In this document: positions 29,313 through 32,000 of the stretch, one piece after another | How the letters are laid out: each line of letters opens with the position of its first letter | How positions within the stretch are numbered: the first letter of the stretch is position 1 | Origin: Desulfobulbus propionicus DSM 2032 | Lineage (GTDB): Bacteria; Desulfobacterota; Desulfobulbia; Desulfobulbales; Desulfobulbaceae | Assembly (NCBI RefSeq): GCF_000186885.1 | Contig: NC_014972.1 | Span: forward strand, 30,001 to 62,000 | Direction: 5' to 3' | Length of the DNA stretch: 32,000 nt | Made by a program: the position numbers and the translations under genes | The notes under the pieces: model-generated | Databases searched by the model: none | Told to the model about the DNA's origin: nothing | What the model saw: the letters and a program-made list of their open reading frames with translations, nothing else

Positions 29313-30361
29313 CCTTTCAACGTCCCAGCTTTCGGCATCCCGAATTGCCGGCCAACGCCGCCGGGTATCATCGCCGCGACTACGAGGGCGGCATCTCGAC
29401 CCTGTGCGCCGGCTGCGGCCATGACTCGATCTGCAACGCGATCATCCAGGCCTGCTTCGAGCTGGCCCTGCCGCCGCACCGGATCGTCAAGATGTCGGGT
29501 ATCGGCTGTTCGTCCAAGACCCCGGCCTATTTCCTCGGCCGATCGCACGGCTTCAATTCGGTGCATGGCCGCATGCCTTCCATCGCCACCGGCGCCAACA
29601 TGGCCAACCGCGAGCTTATCTACCTGGGCGTGTCCGGCGATGGCGACACCGCCTCTATCGGCATGGGCCAGTTCGTCCATGCGGTCCGCCGCAACCTCAA
29701 CATGCTCTACATCGTGATGAACAACGGCTGCTACGGTCTGACCAAGGGCCAGTATTCGGCCACGGCGGATAAGGGATCCAAAGGCAAGAAGGGCGGGGTC
29801 AACGCGCTCGAATCCATCGATCTGTGCGAGCTGGCGATTCAACTGGGCGCGGGCTTCGTGGCCCGCAGTTTCGCCGGCGACAAGCAGCAACTGGTGCCCT
29901 TGATCAAGGCCGGGCTGTCGCACAACGGGCTCTCCTTCATCGATGTGATCTCTCCCTGCGTCACCTTCAACAACAATCCCGAATCGACCAAGAGCTACCA
30001 CTGGGTGCGCGAGCACAGCGAGGCCACCAACACCTTTGACTTCGTGCCGTTCCGCCAAACCATCACCGCCGACTATGCGGATGATTCGGTTCAGGAGGTG
30101 GTGTTGCACGACGAGTCGGTGATTCATCTGCACAAGCACCACGACGCACCGGACATCACCGACCGCCGTCAGGCCATCGACAATCTGGAGGATCACAAGG
30201 TGCAGGGCGTGATCCTCACCGGCGTGCTCTACGTCAATCCGGACTCCATGGATACCCACGAGATTCTCAACACCAGTGCTCGGCCGCTCAACAGCCTGAT
30301 CGAGGCGGACCTGTGTCCGGGAGGCGCGGCGCTGGAGGCCATCAATGCCGCTCATCGATAA
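29309..30361 (+). CDS. 2-oxoacid:ferredoxin oxidoreductase, beta subunit (TPP-binding, KorB-like)
   Basis: 350 aa: STLCAGCGHDSICNAIIQACFELALPPHRIVKMSGIGCSSKTP...HGRMPSIATGANMANRELIYLGVSGDGDTASIGMGQFVHAVRRNLNMLYIVMNNGCYGLTKGQYSAT. ATGA overlap with the alpha gene and an AAGGAGG RBS. Confidence 0.93.
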   Translation: MTFQRPSFRHPELPANAAGYHRRDYEGGISTLCAGCGHDSICNAIIQACFELALPPHRIVKMSGIGCSSKTPAYFLGRSHGFNSVHGRMPSIATGANMANRELIYLGVSGDGDTASIGMGQFVHAVRRNLNMLYIVMNNGCYGLTKGQYSATADKGSKGKKGGVNALESIDLCELAIQLGAGFVARSFAGDKQQLVPLIKAGLSHNGLSFIDVISPCVTFNNNPESTKSYHWVREHSEATNTFDFVPFRQTITADYADDSVQEVVLHDESVIHLHKHHDAPDITDRRQAIDNLEDHKVQGVILTGVLYVNPDSMDTHEILNTSARPLNSLIEADLCPGGAALEAINAAHR

Positions 30362-30373
30362 CCGCCCGATGCC

Positions 30374-31228
30374 ATGAACGATTACCTCTCCCTGACCGTG
30401 GGTATTGCCTGCGCCGGCGTCGGCGGCGAACTGTTCGTCCGCGGCGCGGTCGGTCTCGCCCATTGGGCACGGATTCCACCGGGAATCATCGGCGCCGTGG
30501 TGGCCGCGTTCGCCACCTCAAGCCCGGAGCTGTCCGTATCGATCAGTTCCGCCCTGGCGGGCAATCCGCAGATAGCCTTGGGCGACGCCCTGGGGAGCAA
30601 TATCGTCAATATCGCCCTGCTGGTGCCCCTGCTGACCGGGCTGCTGTTTTTTGACGGACAGCTCTCGCGCCTGGACGGCCTGCTGATGCTTGTCCTGTTT
30701 TTCTCCTGGCTGGCCCTGGCGATGATCGAGGCAAAGAAACAGCGCAGCGCCACCGACGAAATACTGGGGGAGCACCGGAAAGGGCTGGTTGTTGGGTCAT
30801 CCGTGGCCGGTCTCGTCCTGCTTGTTCTCGCCGGGGATTTGATTGTCACCGGTGCCAAAGGGATCGCGCTTTCGTTTGGCATGGATTATTTTCTGGTCGG
30901 GGTGACCATCGTGGCCATCGGCACCTCCGCGCCGGAGCTGGCCACGGCGGTGATCGCCAAGTTGCGCGGCCACGATGAAGTCGGCCTGGGCACCATCCTG
31001 GGCAGCAACATCTTCAACGGCCTGTTGATCGTCCCGGTGGCGGCCGTCATCGAGCCCATTGCCGTGGTTGCACGGCACGAGGTGGCGCTGTCGCTGGCGG
31101 CCGGTTTCATGGCGGTGCTGCTTCCCTATCCGACACGCACCGGCTATATTCAACGGTCGCGCGGAGTGCTGCTCCTGCTGTTTTATGGGGGATACGTGTA
31201 CACCCTTCTCGCGTTGCGGGGCACCTGA
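30374..31228 (+). CDS. Calcium/sodium antiporter family (CaCA, YrbG-like)
   Basis: 284 aa with two inverted repeats: IIGAVVAAFATSSPELSVSISSALAGNPQIALGDALGSNIVNIALL and LVGVTIVAIGTSAPELATAVIAKLRGHDEVGLGTILGSNIFNGLLI. Confidence 0.92.
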   Translation: MNDYLSLTVGIACAGVGGELFVRGAVGLAHWARIPPGIIGAVVAAFATSSPELSVSISSALAGNPQIALGDALGSNIVNIALLVPLLTGLLFFDGQLSRLDGLLMLVLFFSWLALAMIEAKKQRSATDEILGEHRKGLVVGSSVAGLVLLVLAGDLIVTGAKGIALSFGMDYFLVGVTIVAIGTSAPELATAVIAKLRGHDEVGLGTILGSNIFNGLLIVPVAAVIEPIAVVARHEVALSLAAGFMAVLLPYPTRTGYIQRSRGVLLLLFYGGYVYTLLALRGT

Positions 31229-31305
31229 ATCGATCACCGTGTTCGTGTATCCCGAGCAGCGATGCCCCGCGCTGTTCGTCGTTAATCTTTTACTTTCAGC
31301 TTGCC

Positions 31306-32000
31306 ATGATCACCTTGCCGAGAACCCATCGATTGCCTGCCGAGGCCCCGTCACGTTGTCCTGTTCGCCTGCGCCCCCTGCTTCTCGGGTCCGCGGTGCT
31401 GCTCGCCGCCGGTTTGACCGCGTGCAGCTCGCCGCCGATGCGCGTCGAGCAGACTGCCGGCCGTCCTGTTCAGTCGTCCAAGACATTTCGCGCCTGCGTC
31501 GGCTCCTACCATGCCACGCAACTGACCGGCGATTATGCCCAGTACGCCCGGCTGGAGCAGTTCATCAACCAGATGGTGGACACGCACGGCTTTGAACGCG
31601 AATACCTGCTGGGCCTGTTTTCCCAGGCCAAGCGGAAAAACTGGACCCTCAACTATCTCGCCAAGTCGGACCAGGGATTGAAAGGCAGGCCCGCCGCGGG
31701 CGGGTGGAGCCGCTACCGGGCCAAGTTCCTCGACGAGCGCCACATTGGCGCCGGGGTTGACTTCGCCCGCCGCCACCGCGCCGCCCTGCAACGCGCTACC
31801 CGGCAGTATGGCGTACCGCAGGAGTACATTCTCGGCATCCTGGCGGTGGAAACCACGTTCGGCGGTTTTGTCGGCAACCACCGGGTGCTCGACGCCCTGA
31901 CCACCCTGGGTTTCGATTACGCCCGGCGCGGCGACTATTTTCGCGGCGAACTGGAAAGCTATCTGCTGATGGCCCGGGAGGAAGGCATCGACCCGGCCCG
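31306..32000 (+). CDS. MltB-like lytic murein transglycosylase, lipoprotein, 3' truncated by the window edge (not in the supplied ORF track)
   Basis: ATG at 31306, frame 1, open to the window end. MITLPRTHRL...RPLLLGSAVLLAAGLTACSS (lipobox LTAC), then FINQMVDTHGFEREYLLGLFSQAKRKNWTLNYL...RHRAALQRATRQYGVPQEYILGILAVETTFGGFVGNHRVLDALTTLGFDYARRGDYFRGELESYLLMAREEGIDPA. Confidence 0.88.
   Translation, partial: MITLPRTHRLPAEAPSRCPVRLRPLLLGSAVLLAAGLTACSSPPMRVEQTAGRPVQSSKTFRACVGSYHATQLTGDYAQYARLEQFINQMVDTHGFEREYLLGLFSQAKRKNWTLNYLAKSDQGLKGRPAAGGWSRYRAKFLDERHIGAGVDFARRHRAALQRATRQYGVPQEYILGILAVETTFGGFVGNHRVLDALTTLGFDYARRGDYFRGELESYLLMAREEGIDPA

Noticed and set aside
25417-30463. Minus-strand ORFs 25417-27435, 27429-29309 and 29294-30463 opposite the Kor-like operon
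   Set aside because: The sense strand carries well-conserved enzymes with ATGA overlaps; the antisense products are low complexity.

Overview
This 32-kb window looks like a GC-rich chromosomal segment from an anaerobic, Desulfobulbales- or deltaproteobacteria-like genome. The taxonomy is inferred from gene content only. Most of it is ordinary, tightly packed core metabolism and signalling. In order it holds: a truncated GGDEF gene, a CDF transporter (-), fumC, pilB, an HDOD gene, a thioesterase (-), ilvD (-), pilT/pilU-like, a zinc-ribbon protein with a receiver-like tail, rpsA (six S1 repeats), an HU/IHF gene with a clear intrinsic terminator, a Sua5/YrdC-family gene (-), guaB, guaA, a NYN-domain protein with a cold-shock-like C-terminus, a glucokinase-like gene, a YgjV-like membrane protein, an RNase D-like 3'-5' exonuclease (-), a NifA-like sigma-54 activator, a hybrid sensor kinase plus orphan ABC-type substrate-binding protein (-), and a three-gene overlapping cluster of FAD/Fe-S oxidoreductase and 2-oxoacid:ferredoxin oxidoreductase alpha and beta. 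It ends with a Ca/Na antiporter and the start of an MltB-like lipoprotein that is absent from the supplied ORF track. I found no CRISPR array, tRNA/rRNA, transposase, phage or toxin-antitoxin signature, and nothing clearly amounting to a new defence or mobile system. The items most worth a second look are the NYN + cold-shock-like fusion next to guaBA, the zinc-ribbon/degenerate-receiver protein next to pilT, the orphan substrate-binding protein/hybrid kinase pair, the KorABC-like operon, and hairpins between rpsA and the HU/IHF gene and ahead of guaB. All family calls are from motifs read by eye; no database search was run.
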